A DNA stretch of 64,000 nucleotides from positions 140-64,139 of the forward strand of contig DATKMK010000063.1 in assembly GCA_035541895.1 (NCBI GenBank), written 5' to 3'. The translations under genes were made by a program, and so were the position numbers. Under the pieces are notes generated by a model, which was not told the origin of the DNA, ran no database searches, and worked only from the letters and a program-made list of their open reading frames with translations. This DNA comes from Candidatus Binatia bacterium. Lineage in GTDB: Bacteria; Desulfobacterota; Binatia; HRBIN30; JACQVA1. Positions within the stretch are counted from its first letter, which is position 1; every line of letters starts with the position of its first letter. Shown one piece after another: positions 48,506-58,135 of this stretch.

Positions 48506-50656
48506 ATGTGGCCGGTGCTTGCTTGGTGGATGATCGTGGAGGGCCTCGGCATGCTGGCCGTCCCAATCACGTTCAGAATTTTCGCCGCCGATGACCGCGG
48601 ATATCCGTTCGCGAAGATCACCGCGGTTCTGCTGCTGACCTACGTGTCGTGGCTGCTGGCATTCGCCGGCGTCCCCTTTCATCTCGCGCTGACGATTTCG
48701 CTGATCGCCCTGGCGGCGGTGAGCGTGGCCCTCGCGGTGCCGCGCCGCGCTGAGTTGAGTGCCTGGCTGAAGGCCGACGGCCGCGTGCACGTCCTCCGTC
48801 ACATGGGGGTGTGGACCGCGGGCTTCCTGTTCTTCGCCTGGGAGCGCTCGCTCAGTCCCGACATCTTCGGCGCCGAGAAGTACATGGACTTCTCCTTCTT
48901 CAATACTCTCACGCGCACCGACGTGATGCCGCCGCAGGATCCGTGGATGTCGGGCAAGCCGTTCAACTACTACTATTTCGGTTACCTGATGTTTGCCAAC
49001 TTGGCGCGGCTGACGCCCGCCCCCAATCACATCGCCTACAATTTGTGTGTTGCCACCGTCGGCGGACTGGCCGCCGGCGGCATCGTAGCGTTGGCGCTGC
49101 GACTCACGCGGCGCTGGCCGTTCGCCTTGCTGGGCGGCGCCATGGGCGTCGTACTCGGCAACCTCGACGGGTTCTTCCAGGTCTGGGAGAAAAACTCGCT
49201 CACCAACATCGACTATTGGCGCTCGTCGCGCGTCGTCGCCAAAGGCGACACCATCAACGAGTTCCCATTCTTCAGCACGATCCACGGCGATCTGCATCCC
49301 CACTTCATGGTGCTGCCGGTCACGATGCTGCTGCTCGGCCTGTTGCTCGACCCGAAGCTGTTCGCGCCGCGAAATGACGACGACGCGAACTCGTGGTCCG
49401 GCTTGCTGCCGTTCCTGCTGATCGCCTTCGTCCTCGGCGCGATGATCGTGATCTCGACGTGGGAGGCGCCGGTCGCCGCCATGCTCGTGTTTCTCTTGGC
49501 CGGCCGTTTTCAGCCACTATGGCCGCTGCTCGCCCGCGCACGCATCACGTTGGCGCTGCGTCTGCTCGGTGCGCTGATCCTCGGGTATGTCTTCTTTCTG
49601 CCGTTCTACATCGGCTTCGTCGCCCCGACTGTGCCCCCCGGACCCAACGAATTCTGCATCGGACCCGCCTGCATCAAGATCGCCCAGACCTCGCTCGCCG
49701 AGTTTCTCACGGTCTTCGGCGGGCTGCTGTTTGCGCCCGCGATACTGATTGCCGCCAACGCCAGCGTGCAGTTGCCGAACAAACCCGAGGCGCGGCACTT
49801 GCTGATCGCCACCGTGGCGTTCGGTATCGTCGCCGCGGGGCTCGCCGGCAATGCCGTCATTCTGCTGTTGGCGGCGCTCGTCATCGCAGGGCTGGCGTGT
49901 GCGTATGGACCCGACACCACCGGAGACCAACGCACGGGATATCTCTTGCTGACAGCGGCAAGCGTGGCATTGTGGGCGTGCGAGGTGTTTTATCTCAAGG
50001 ACCCGTACGGCGATAAGCTCTATCGGATGAACACCGTGTTCAAGTTGTACTTCCAGGCGTGGATTCTCCTGTCAGTCGCCGCGCCGTGGTCGTTGCAGCA
50101 GTTGCTGGCACGTCGATGGTCATGGGCGCCGGCGCCGCGCGCGATTGCCGCGGCGACGGCCGCGTTGCTGATCGCATCGTGTGCCTATCCGTTCGGCCTC
50201 AGCGTCGGCCGCGCCAACTACGTCGGCCGTAACGGTACCCTCGACGGCAATGCGTACCTCGCCCGCGAGCATCCCGACGACTACGCCGCCATCGATTGGC
50301 TCCGCCGCAACGTATCGGGCCTCCCCGTCCTGCTCGAAGCCAGCGGCGATCCCTACTCGTACTACGCACGGTTCTCCGCCAACACCGGCTTGCCGACGGT
50401 GATGGGTTGGGCGAATCACGAAGGCTTGTGGCGCAGTCATGAAAGCGACGTCGAACGGCGCAAGAGCGACGTGCGAAAGATCTACTCGGCCAACAGCCTG
50501 GACGAAGCCCGCGCGCTCCTCGATCAGTATCACGTCGAATACCTGCTGGTCGGTGACCTCGAGCGAAAAGATTTCCCGACCGGCCTCGACAAGTTCGCCG
50601 CCCTTCCGGTTGCGTTCCGCCAGGGCAATACGATCGTCTACCGCCTGAAGAGTTGA
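48506..50656 (+). CDS. DUF2298 (Chlor_Arch_YYY) polytopic membrane protein
   Basis: AEKYMDFSFFNTL, KPFNYYYFGYL (YYY motif), many TM helices, and a C-terminal soluble part ...GWANHEGLWR...YLLVGDLE. The track ORF part upstream of 48506 is antisense to the FAD oxidoreductase. Confidence 0.85.
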   Translation: MWPVLAWWMIVEGLGMLAVPITFRIFAADDRGYPFAKITAVLLLTYVSWLLAFAGVPFHLALTISLIALAAVSVALAVPRRAELSAWLKADGRVHVLRHMGVWTAGFLFFAWERSLSPDIFGAEKYMDFSFFNTLTRTDVMPPQDPWMSGKPFNYYYFGYLMFANLARLTPAPNHIAYNLCVATVGGLAAGGIVALALRLTRRWPFALLGGAMGVVLGNLDGFFQVWEKNSLTNIDYWRSSRVVAKGDTINEFPFFSTIHGDLHPHFMVLPVTMLLLGLLLDPKLFAPRNDDDANSWSGLLPFLLIAFVLGAMIVISTWEAPVAAMLVFLLAGRFQPLWPLLARARITLALRLLGALILGYVFFLPFYIGFVAPTVPPGPNEFCIGPACIKIAQTSLAEFLTVFGGLLFAPAILIAANASVQLPNKPEARHLLIATVAFGIVAAGLAGNAVILLLAALVIAGLACAYGPDTTGDQRTGYLLLTAASVALWACEVFYLKDPYGDKLYRMNTVFKLYFQAWILLSVAAPWSLQQLLARRWSWAPAPRAIAAATAALLIASCAYPFGLSVGRANYVGRNGTLDGNAYLAREHPDDYAAIDWLRRNVSGLPVLLEASGDPYSYYARFSANTGLPTVMGWANHEGLWRSHESDVERRKSDVRKIYSANSLDEARALLDQYHVEYLLVGDLERKDFPTGLDKFAALPVAFRQGNTIVYRLKS

Positions 50657-51339
50657 CCGCCGATCAGGATTACTACCGGGAGCACGGCATCGAGGATGAT
50701 CGCCTCGCGCTGTGGTATTACGCGCGCGTGGTGCGCCACCTGCGCCCCACGGGCGGCCGGCTGCTCGACTTCGGTTGCGGCACGGGCCATTTGCTCCGGC
50801 GACTCTCCGCGCGCTTCGACGCCTGCGGCTACGACGCCTCGGCGTACGCGCGCAGTCAGGCTCGACTGAACGCACCCGACGCCACCATTCTGGAAGAGTG
50901 GGGCTCGCAGCGCACGCGCAGCTTCGACATCATCGTCGCGCTGCACACCCTCGAACACTTGCGACGGCCACCCGCCGTCATGACGCAGCTCGCGCCACTG
51001 CTCACGCCGGGCGGCGTGTTTCTGTTCGTCGTACCGAATACAAACAGCCTCGGACGGCGACTCAAGCGCGACCGCTGGTTCGCGCACCGCGATGCGCATC
51101 TTCACAGTTTGCTGAGTCGCGGCGAATGGGTCGGTCTGGCGCGCGAAGCCGGCCTCGATGTGCAGTGGGTGTGCGGTGACGGTTGGTGGGACGTGCCGTA
51201 TCTCAGGCTTGTCCCGGCGTCTCTGCAGCGGGCGGTGTTCGGCGTCCCCGCCGCCGTGCAGCTTTTCTGGCCGCGCGCACGACCGTTTCTGCCGCCGGCG
51301 TTCGGGGAGTGCTTGATCGTCTCCGCTATCAGATCGTGA
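50653..51339 (+). CDS. class I SAM-dependent methyltransferase
   Basis: LLDFGCGTGHLLRRL (motif I) ... FDIIVALHTLEHL ... GGVFLFVVPN. The TTG start overlaps the DUF2298 stop (TTGA). Confidence 0.85.
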   Translation: MTADQDYYREHGIEDDRLALWYYARVVRHLRPTGGRLLDFGCGTGHLLRRLSARFDACGYDASAYARSQARLNAPDATILEEWGSQRTRSFDIIVALHTLEHLRRPPAVMTQLAPLLTPGGVFLFVVPNTNSLGRRLKRDRWFAHRDAHLHSLLSRGEWVGLAREAGLDVQWVCGDGWWDVPYLRLVPASLQRAVFGVPAAVQLFWPRARPFLPPAFGECLIVSAIRS

Positions 51340-51433
51340 GCGTCGATGACATGGGGAGGACATCGCATTGCGAGATGTCATTGACTGAGCCGAATCAGCC
51401 ATAGTAGTAGCTCCGACTTCGAGCAGAACACGC

Positions 51434-52288
51434 ATGAACCGATTCCGCTCCGTGCTTGTTGGCCTCATGCTTCTGGCCGGTTCGGCGATCCCCGCCCGCG
51501 CCGAGTCCGACGCGCTGGCACTGATCACCGAAACCTGGACCCGCTATCGTAGCGTCAAGAGCGAGCGGGAAGAATGCGAGATTCTCGTCGTCACCGCGCC
51601 CCCGGCGGCGGGCTTCTCGCGGGCGGAAGCCGAAGCGATCGTGCGCGACGGGAAGTCCGGGGTGATTCACAAGCGTGCGGTGCGCCACGTCTTGTATGCG
51701 CCGGACCATCGCGACAAACTGCACCTGTTGTTCTCGCTGCCGGCGGACGACGCCGGTCTCGGCTTTCTGGTGTGGCGGCAGAGCGACTCGGCGCAAGACG
51801 ACATGTGGTTGTTCATGCCGGGCTACCGCGCGGTGCGGCGCATTCCGATGAGCAGCAAGCAACGCCTCGCCGGCACCGACCTGTTGTACGAGGACGTGCG
51901 CGAGTTGGCCGGCGAGCGAACCGATCGGTTCACCTATAAGACCGTTGGCGCCGAAACGGTTGATGGTCGCAGTGCCGACGTGGTGAGTGCTGTCCCCAAG
52001 GCCGACACGGTGACTGCCTACGGCAGCCGCAAGGTGTGGGTCGATACGGAGCGACGCTTTCCACTGAAGGCCGAGTTCTACGACGCCGCCGGCACGTTGT
52101 GGAAAGTGTTGCGTAACAGTGAGATTCACGAGGTCGCCCCAAACGTGTATCGGGCCGACCTCGCCGAGATGCGAGACGTGCAAGCGAACCAGTCGACCGT
52201 ACTCTTGGTCACCAAGCGCAGCATCGGCGCCGAGCTCCCGCCGCAAGTCTTCACCGAAGACTACCTCGTGCATCCGGGCGCCGACTGA
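51434..52288 (+). CDS. LolA-like outer-membrane lipoprotein-sorting family protein (secreted)
   Basis: Signal peptide MNRFRSVLVGLMLLAGSAIPARA/E. ...DDMWLFMPGYRAVRRIPMSSKQRLAGTDLLYEDV... is typical of the LolA_like/DUF1329-related family. Confidence 0.8.
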   Translation: MNRFRSVLVGLMLLAGSAIPARAESDALALITETWTRYRSVKSEREECEILVVTAPPAAGFSRAEAEAIVRDGKSGVIHKRAVRHVLYAPDHRDKLHLLFSLPADDAGLGFLVWRQSDSAQDDMWLFMPGYRAVRRIPMSSKQRLAGTDLLYEDVRELAGERTDRFTYKTVGAETVDGRSADVVSAVPKADTVTAYGSRKVWVDTERRFPLKAEFYDAAGTLWKVLRNSEIHEVAPNVYRADLAEMRDVQANQSTVLLVTKRSIGAELPPQVFTEDYLVHPGAD

Positions 52289-52315
52289 CCGCCGCACGTC
52301 GGAAGCCGTGAACGC

Positions 52316-54880
52316 GTGACCGTCGACATTTTCCGCATGCCGCGCCGCTTTCTGCGCGGCAGCTACGCGCGCCTGACGTTGACCGTGGTCGCGCTCGCGT
52401 GCGGCGTCGCACAGGTGGCGGCGGACGACCTGGTCGGGCGCGAAACTTTGCGGGCATTCGTCGAGATCATCGATACCGTCGCCGGGCGCGCTTCGCTGCA
52501 AGTGACCGCCGGAGAGGGCGTGCCGTTTGCGGACAACGTCGCATCCGCCATTGCCAAGGTGCCGGGCGTCGAGCTGACGGTACCGGTGGTCAGCAGCACG
52601 GCGTTCATGGCCGACGGCAGCGGTGAGTTGCTCACGGTCCACGGCATGGACATCGCCAACGAGAAGGCCGCCGCAGTCTACGAGTTGCGCGACGAAGAGC
52701 GCGGGCTCGACGATCCCAAGTTGTTTCTCGCCGACGCCATCGTGGTTCCGCGCCCCTTCGCCGAGCGCCGCGGCCTGAAGGTGGGTGACGCCTTCACCAT
52801 CGACACCCCGCGCGGGCAGCAGCGCGTGACCGTGCGCGGGATGCTCGACGCCAAGGGCTTGGCGCGCATCTACGGCGGCAACCTGCTGGTGATGGATCTC
52901 GGCAACGCGCAAGACATGTTCGGCCAAGCCGGCTTCGTCAATCGCATCGACGTGGTGGTCGATCGCAACGGCGACGTTCAGCAAGTGGCCCGCGCCGTTG
53001 CGGCCGTGTTACCGGCGGGGTTGCAGGTCGAGGCGCCGGCGCAGCGCAAGGCGGATTTGCAAACCGTGATGCGCTCGTTCCAGGTGCTGCTGTGGGCGCT
53101 CGCGTTGCTCGGATTGATCGGATCGTTTCTGATCGCATTCAACAGTCTGACCACCTTGTTCGAAGGCCGCGCCTGGCAGCTCGGCGTGTTGCGCGCCATC
53201 GGCGTCCGCCCGCGCGTGATGTGGCAGGAGTTGCTGAAGGAAAGCGCGTTGCTGGGCATCGCCGGCGTCGTGTTGGGAATTCCGCTGGGCATCCTGCTCG
53301 CCCGCGTGGTGCTGCCGATGATCACCACGGCGGCGGCGTTGAATTCCAAGGTCGCAACGCCGACGGCGCACTTGGCCGTGCATTGGACGTCGTTGTTGTT
53401 GGCGGCAGGAATGGGACTCGCCGCCGCGCTGCTGGCCGCCGCGCTGCCGGCGTGGCGGGCGACGCGGATGGGCATGGCGCAGACGATGCGCGCGCGCGGC
53501 GTGGAGCAACAAGGCTTGGGCGCCAACGCGCACTACGCCATCCGGGCCCTCATGTTGGCCGTCATCGTCGTCGCGGTGGTGCTCCAATCGGTTACCGGGA
53601 TGGCGTCGTGGGGTCTGTTCGCCACCGGCTTGATCGCAGTGGGGACGGCGCTCGCGGCGCGGCCGACGCTCGAGTTGATCCGGCGGCCGTTGTTGGCCGG
53701 ATTTCGGCTGGTTGCCGGACCGACCGGCGAGTTGGCGATCAAGAATCTCACCCAGAATCCTCGCCGCGCCTCGTTGACCGTCGCGATGCTCGGGGTCGGA
53801 TTGGCGTGCGTCCTGTGGTTGTGGATGGTCGCTCACAGCTTTCAATCGTCGGTGGTCGACGCAGTCAGCGGCGCGATGCGCGCGGATTTGGTTGTCAGCT
53901 CCTCACACATCGAATCGGGCTTCCTCGAAGCGCCGGTCTCGGATTCGCTGGTGGGCGAACTGGCACGCATTCCCGGCGCGACCGTAGTGGTCGGTGAGCG
54001 GGGCGCCGATTGGCAGTACGGTGGCGGGACGATCACCATCGATGCATACGATCCGGCGTACTTCACCAGCCCCGAGTTCGGCCAGTGGCCGTTGGCGGGC
54101 CGCGGGGTGCCGGGTTTGTGGGAAGCGGTGGCGGCTGGCAACGCCGCGGTGGTGTCGAGCAACTTCGCGCGCAACCTGCACACCCAAGTCGGCGACACCA
54201 TCACGCTCGACAGTCCGTCGGGGCCGGTGGCGCTGCGGGTGGTCGGCGTCGTGACCCACTTCGCGTCGCCGCGCGGGACCATCGAGATGAGCCGCGAAGT
54301 CTACCGGCGCATGTGGCGAGACGAGAAGATCACCCGCGCATTCGTGCGCGTCGATCCGAACGCGGATCTCGTCGCGGTCCGCGCCGCGATCGCCCAGCGC
54401 CTGGGGCGCACCTTCAGCTTGCGGATTCTGTCGGCCGCCGAGATTGTCGACTACTTTGCGTCACAGGTCCGCCGCGCATTCGCCGGCGTCTACATCTTGG
54501 CCATGATGGTGCTCGCCGTCGTGCTGGTGGGTATGGCCGACACGCTCGCCGCGGGGGTGATGGAACGCACGCGCGAGATCGGCGCAATTCGCGTCGTCGG
54601 TGTCCGCCGCGGCGCGGTGCGGCGGATGGTCATCATGGAAGGCGTCGTGATGGGGCTGGTCGGGCTCGTGCTCGCCGCCATCGGCGGTCTGACGCTCGGC
54701 CGATTGTGGGTCGACGCCACCTTCCCCGCGTTGCTCGGTTGGGTGCTCGAACCCCATGTGCCCTATGGCCAGGCTGGTACCGTGGCTGCGATCACCGTGC
54801 TGGTGTGCGTCGTCGCCGCGCTGGCGCCGGCGCGCCGTGCCGCGGCACTGGAGCCCGCGGTGGCCTTGCGATACGAGTAG
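52316..54880 (+). CDS. ABC transporter permease with two FtsX modules (MacB/LolCE-like)
   Basis: 854 aa with two 4-TM FtsX-type blocks, each preceded by a large periplasmic domain. GTG start; ATG 52337 is the alternative. Confidence 0.9.
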   Translation: MTVDIFRMPRRFLRGSYARLTLTVVALACGVAQVAADDLVGRETLRAFVEIIDTVAGRASLQVTAGEGVPFADNVASAIAKVPGVELTVPVVSSTAFMADGSGELLTVHGMDIANEKAAAVYELRDEERGLDDPKLFLADAIVVPRPFAERRGLKVGDAFTIDTPRGQQRVTVRGMLDAKGLARIYGGNLLVMDLGNAQDMFGQAGFVNRIDVVVDRNGDVQQVARAVAAVLPAGLQVEAPAQRKADLQTVMRSFQVLLWALALLGLIGSFLIAFNSLTTLFEGRAWQLGVLRAIGVRPRVMWQELLKESALLGIAGVVLGIPLGILLARVVLPMITTAAALNSKVATPTAHLAVHWTSLLLAAGMGLAAALLAAALPAWRATRMGMAQTMRARGVEQQGLGANAHYAIRALMLAVIVVAVVLQSVTGMASWGLFATGLIAVGTALAARPTLELIRRPLLAGFRLVAGPTGELAIKNLTQNPRRASLTVAMLGVGLACVLWLWMVAHSFQSSVVDAVSGAMRADLVVSSSHIESGFLEAPVSDSLVGELARIPGATVVVGERGADWQYGGGTITIDAYDPAYFTSPEFGQWPLAGRGVPGLWEAVAAGNAAVVSSNFARNLHTQVGDTITLDSPSGPVALRVVGVVTHFASPRGTIEMSREVYRRMWRDEKITRAFVRVDPNADLVAVRAAIAQRLGRTFSLRILSAAEIVDYFASQVRRAFAGVYILAMMVLAVVLVGMADTLAAGVMERTREIGAIRVVGVRRGAVRRMVIMEGVVMGLVGLVLAAIGGLTLGRLWVDATFPALLGWVLEPHVPYGQAGTVAAITVLVCVVAALAPARRAAALEPAVALRYE

Positions 54881-54887
54881 AGCTTGT

Positions 54888-55640
54888 ATGCCCCAGTCTT
54901 CCGCAGTGTATCTCGAAGGCGTCCACAAATGGTACGGCAGCGGCCCGCAAGCGGTCGAGGCGCTGAGCGACATGAACTTGTGCGTCGAGCCGGAAGAATT
55001 CGTCAGCATCGTCGGGCCGAGCGGATGCGGCAAGAGCACGCTGCTGAATCTGATTGCCGGCATCGATACGCCCACGCGCGGACGGGTCTGGGTCGCTGGA
55101 CACGATCTCGCGCAACTGACCGACGATGCGCGCAGCGATCTGCGCCTGCGCCACATCGGCTTCGTGTTCCAAAGCTTCAATCTCTTCCCCACGTTCACGG
55201 CGGAAGAGAACGTGACGTGGCCGCTGGAATTCCTCGGCGTGCACTGGCGTGAAGCGCGCGCCCGCGCCGACGCCGCCCTGGCCGAGGTCGGACTCAACGA
55301 CGGCGCACGGCGCCGGCGGCCGGCCGCGCTGTCGGGCGGCGAGCAGCAACGCGTCGCCATCGCACGCGCGTTGGTCACCAAGCCGCGCCTGTTGGTTGCC
55401 GATGAGCCGACCGGCAACCTCGATTCCCGCACCGGTCAATCGATCTTGGATCTCATGCAGATGCTGAACCGCACCCAGCATCTGACGATCGTATTGGTGA
55501 CGCACAGTGCGGTGGCGGCGGCGCACGGGCATCGCATCATTGAATTGTCGGACGGCCGCATCCTACGTGAGACCCGCCCAAGCCTCGATGCGGCGGCGGC
55601 CGATCGCTGGGAAGATCCCGCGACAAAGGAGGTCGGATGA
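54888..55640 (+). CDS. ABC transporter ATP-binding protein (MacB/LolD-type)
   Basis: Walker [13 protein letters not shown], signature [15 protein letters not shown], Walker [13 protein letters not shown]. Confidence 0.93.
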   Translation: MPQSSAVYLEGVHKWYGSGPQAVEALSDMNLCVEPEEFVSIVGPSGCGKSTLLNLIAGIDTPTRGRVWVAGHDLAQLTDDARSDLRLRHIGFVFQSFNLFPTFTAEENVTWPLEFLGVHWREARARADAALAEVGLNDGARRRRPAALSGGEQQRVAIARALVTKPRLLVADEPTGNLDSRTGQSILDLMQMLNRTQHLTIVLVTHSAVAAAHGHRIIELSDGRILRETRPSLDAAAADRWEDPATKEVG

Positions 55641-57046
55641 ACCGCACGACGATTCTGGCCATCGGCGTGATCGTAGGCGCCGGCATCGCCCTCAGCGGCT
55701 GCGGGAGCGACAATGACGAGACCCCCACGGCCCCGACCGCCACCAAGGCAGCGACGGTGGCACCGACCCTCTCGCCGACCACCGGTCCGACGCGCACCGC
55801 CAGTCCGTCGGCCACCGTGGCGCCAACGAATACCGCCTTGCCGCCACCGACGTTGACTCAGACGCCGGTGGACACGCCGTCGCCCGCCCCGACCGCGACC
55901 GACACCTCAACGGCGACACCGAGCGAGACGCCCTCTGCCTCGGCAACGGCAACAACAACGCCGACTCAAACGGTCACTGTGACCCGAACGATCACTTTGA
56001 GTCCAACCATCACGCTGACGCCCACGGTTACGGCAACGCCCACGGCGACCAACACGCTCGGGCCGCTGGGGATTCGCCATTTCGTTCTCGACTCGACCCA
56101 GAGCTCCTTCACAGTCAAAATCTCCGGCGGCCTTGAGATCCCAGTCGGTTTCTTCCGCGGTCAAACCAACGGCCAGGACGAGCCGGCGTTCCTCGACCTG
56201 GAAGCCGGTCAGCCCGACGCGAACGGCTTCGTCCGCGTGAACATCGTCGCGGCATCGGAATACCTTTACGTCGATTCCAAACAGTTGGCGGGCTTCGTCT
56301 TCTGTCTCAAACCCCTGGTGCCCGTCATGTCGGCGGGGATCCTCGGCTGCAACGGCGGAACCGACGTCAGTATCTCGCTCAATCAGGACCATCACATCGG
56401 CCAACTCGGCGTCAACGGCTTCACTACAACCAACTGCACCGCGATGCAGGGACACGTTGAAACGCCCTACGCCGCCTGCAGCGCCGGCCTGGTTGGCCAG
56501 GCTTGCGACGTCGATGGCGATTGCGACACCACGCCCGGCGCTGGCGACGGCACCTGCGCACATGTTCCGGCGGCCTGCACCACCGGCATGGTCGGCAAGG
56601 TGTGCCAAACGAACGCGGACTGCAACCAAGGGACGACCGCCGGGCACTGCGGCTTTCACGGCGGTGTCTGCAACGGCCCGCTGGTGCCCGGCTTGGGAAC
56701 CGGGGACTCCGGACCGGGAGAACTATTCATCGCGCCGAATCCGGATCCCAACGTCTTGACCAACGGGATGCCGGTCGAACTCGGATTTGAAAACGCGCTG
56801 CCGTGCGGCGACGAAGGACCGGGCATGCCGTCGCCCTTTGCGCTCACCACCGGCCACTCCAGTTCGTTGGTGACGGACGCCAACAACATGCTCGGTCACA
56901 CCCTCAACTTCGACACTCAGGGCGAAAACTTCGACTGCTACAACTGGCAGAGCAACGACAAAGGCCGGCTGGTGCTGAGTGCGCCGGCGATCGACCAGCG
57001 CACGGTCGGCGACGTGGCAACGATCTTCAACTTCTTCTCGCACTGA
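55637..57046 (+). CDS. lipoprotein with ~113-aa Pro/Thr/Ala/Ser-rich linker and Cys-rich C-terminal domain of unknown family
   Basis: AAGGAGG RBS and ATGA overlap with the ATPase stop. Lipobox IALSGC. Low-complexity linker at about 55718-56056. Duplicated motif AGLVGQACDVDGDCD / TGMVGKVCQTNADCN. Confidence 0.8.
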   Translation: MNRTTILAIGVIVGAGIALSGCGSDNDETPTAPTATKAATVAPTLSPTTGPTRTASPSATVAPTNTALPPPTLTQTPVDTPSPAPTATDTSTATPSETPSASATATTTPTQTVTVTRTITLSPTITLTPTVTATPTATNTLGPLGIRHFVLDSTQSSFTVKISGGLEIPVGFFRGQTNGQDEPAFLDLEAGQPDANGFVRVNIVAASEYLYVDSKQLAGFVFCLKPLVPVMSAGILGCNGGTDVSISLNQDHHIGQLGVNGFTTTNCTAMQGHVETPYAACSAGLVGQACDVDGDCDTTPGAGDGTCAHVPAACTTGMVGKVCQTNADCNQGTTAGHCGFHGGVCNGPLVPGLGTGDSGPGELFIAPNPDPNVLTNGMPVELGFENALPCGDEGPGMPSPFALTTGHSSSLVTDANNMLGHTLNFDTQGENFDCYNWQSNDKGRLVLSAPAIDQRTVGDVATIFNFFSH

Positions 57047-57115
57047 GGAGCGGTCGGGGAAGGGCTTGCAGCAAAACGGCGAGCGACTACGTCACAGAGA
57101 GGCAGTAGCACAACG

Positions 57116-58111
57116 ATGCGCCAACCTTTGAACGTCTTTGCAGGTTGCCGGCGATCGATTTTCACTCTCGCCATCGTCGCCTGCGTGCTTGCAACCGCGA
57201 ACATCCCGCACGCATGGGCGGCCGGCGCGACCCAGGAAGCGCTGCTCGACGTGCTGTTCGGAAACGCACCGGATCCCGGCGGACTCGACGCCAACGACGA
57301 CGGCGTCCTGTCGATCGCCGATATTCTCTTGCTTCCCGCGGCGCCGCCACTCACGCCGACGCCGACCCGCACGCGGACTGCGACGGTCGCGGTCCCGACC
57401 GCAACCAATACACAACCGACTGTGACGCCGACCCTGACCCAGACGGTCACGCTTACGCCGACGCCGTCGCCTACCGCAACACCGGTTGGCTTGCTTTACG
57501 ACGGAACGATCTCGAATTTAACGCCCCACGACGTCGGGGACATGCTGATCTATCGCGTCACCGACCCGACCGGACATGTTACGACCGAAACGACGACCAT
57601 CCCATCGAACGATCCGGGCAGCGGCGCATTCGTGCTCGACGATCTCCAGACCGACGGCCAGCAGGTGATCGTCCACGAGATGCAGTCGTACAGTGACACC
57701 GGCACGCAACTGTTGTTCAACGGCTACACGGATCTGGTTGCCAACGTTCGGACGACCTGCACCCCGCCGCTGCTGCGGCTCACGTCCCCGCTCATCGCCG
57801 GGCAGACCTTTTCGACTACGATCAAGTGCGAGGTGCGGTTTTCCGACTCCGGTGTCTTCGTGGGCTTCGTCAATCGCACCGACACGGTGACGCCGCAGGA
57901 TATCGTCGCGAGCGTCACCGTTCCAGCCGGCACGTACAGCACCGTCATTCATCTCAGCGGCAGCACCAACCAAGGCGGCGAACTGGAGAACGACGAGTTT
58001 TACATCGTCCCGGGGATCGGGCCCATCCTGCAACTGCAAACGTTCACGGGACAGACGACCCGGCACGAGCTGGTCGACGGTACCATCGGCGGCATGTCGG
58101 TGAAGCGGTAG
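57116..58111 (+). CDS. secreted protein with a single dockerin/EF-hand-like loop, Pro/Thr linker and unknown beta-rich domain
   Basis: Signal-like IFTLAIVACVLATANIPHAWA/AG. DANDDGVLSIADILLL (57287-57334), then PLTPTPTRTRTATVAVPTATNTQPTVTPTLTQTVTLTPTPSPTATP. Confidence 0.75.
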   Translation: MRQPLNVFAGCRRSIFTLAIVACVLATANIPHAWAAGATQEALLDVLFGNAPDPGGLDANDDGVLSIADILLLPAAPPLTPTPTRTRTATVAVPTATNTQPTVTPTLTQTVTLTPTPSPTATPVGLLYDGTISNLTPHDVGDMLIYRVTDPTGHVTTETTTIPSNDPGSGAFVLDDLQTDGQQVIVHEMQSYSDTGTQLLFNGYTDLVANVRTTCTPPLLRLTSPLIAGQTFSTTIKCEVRFSDSGVFVGFVNRTDTVTPQDIVASVTVPAGTYSTVIHLSGSTNQGGELENDEFYIVPGIGPILQLQTFTGQTTRHELVDGTIGGMSVKR

Positions 58112-58135
58112 TCGCATCCTACTTCACGATTGAGC

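Noticed and set aside
55718-56056. Repetitive-looking ACC/CCG/ACG-rich DNA; considered as a tandem repeat or CRISPR-like array
   Set aside because: It is in frame within a lipoprotein gene and encodes a Pro/Thr/Ala/Ser linker. There is no fixed-length repeat/spacer periodicity. The same applies to 57330-57490, 38512-38585 and the tracts at about 46200-46270 and 46457-46550.
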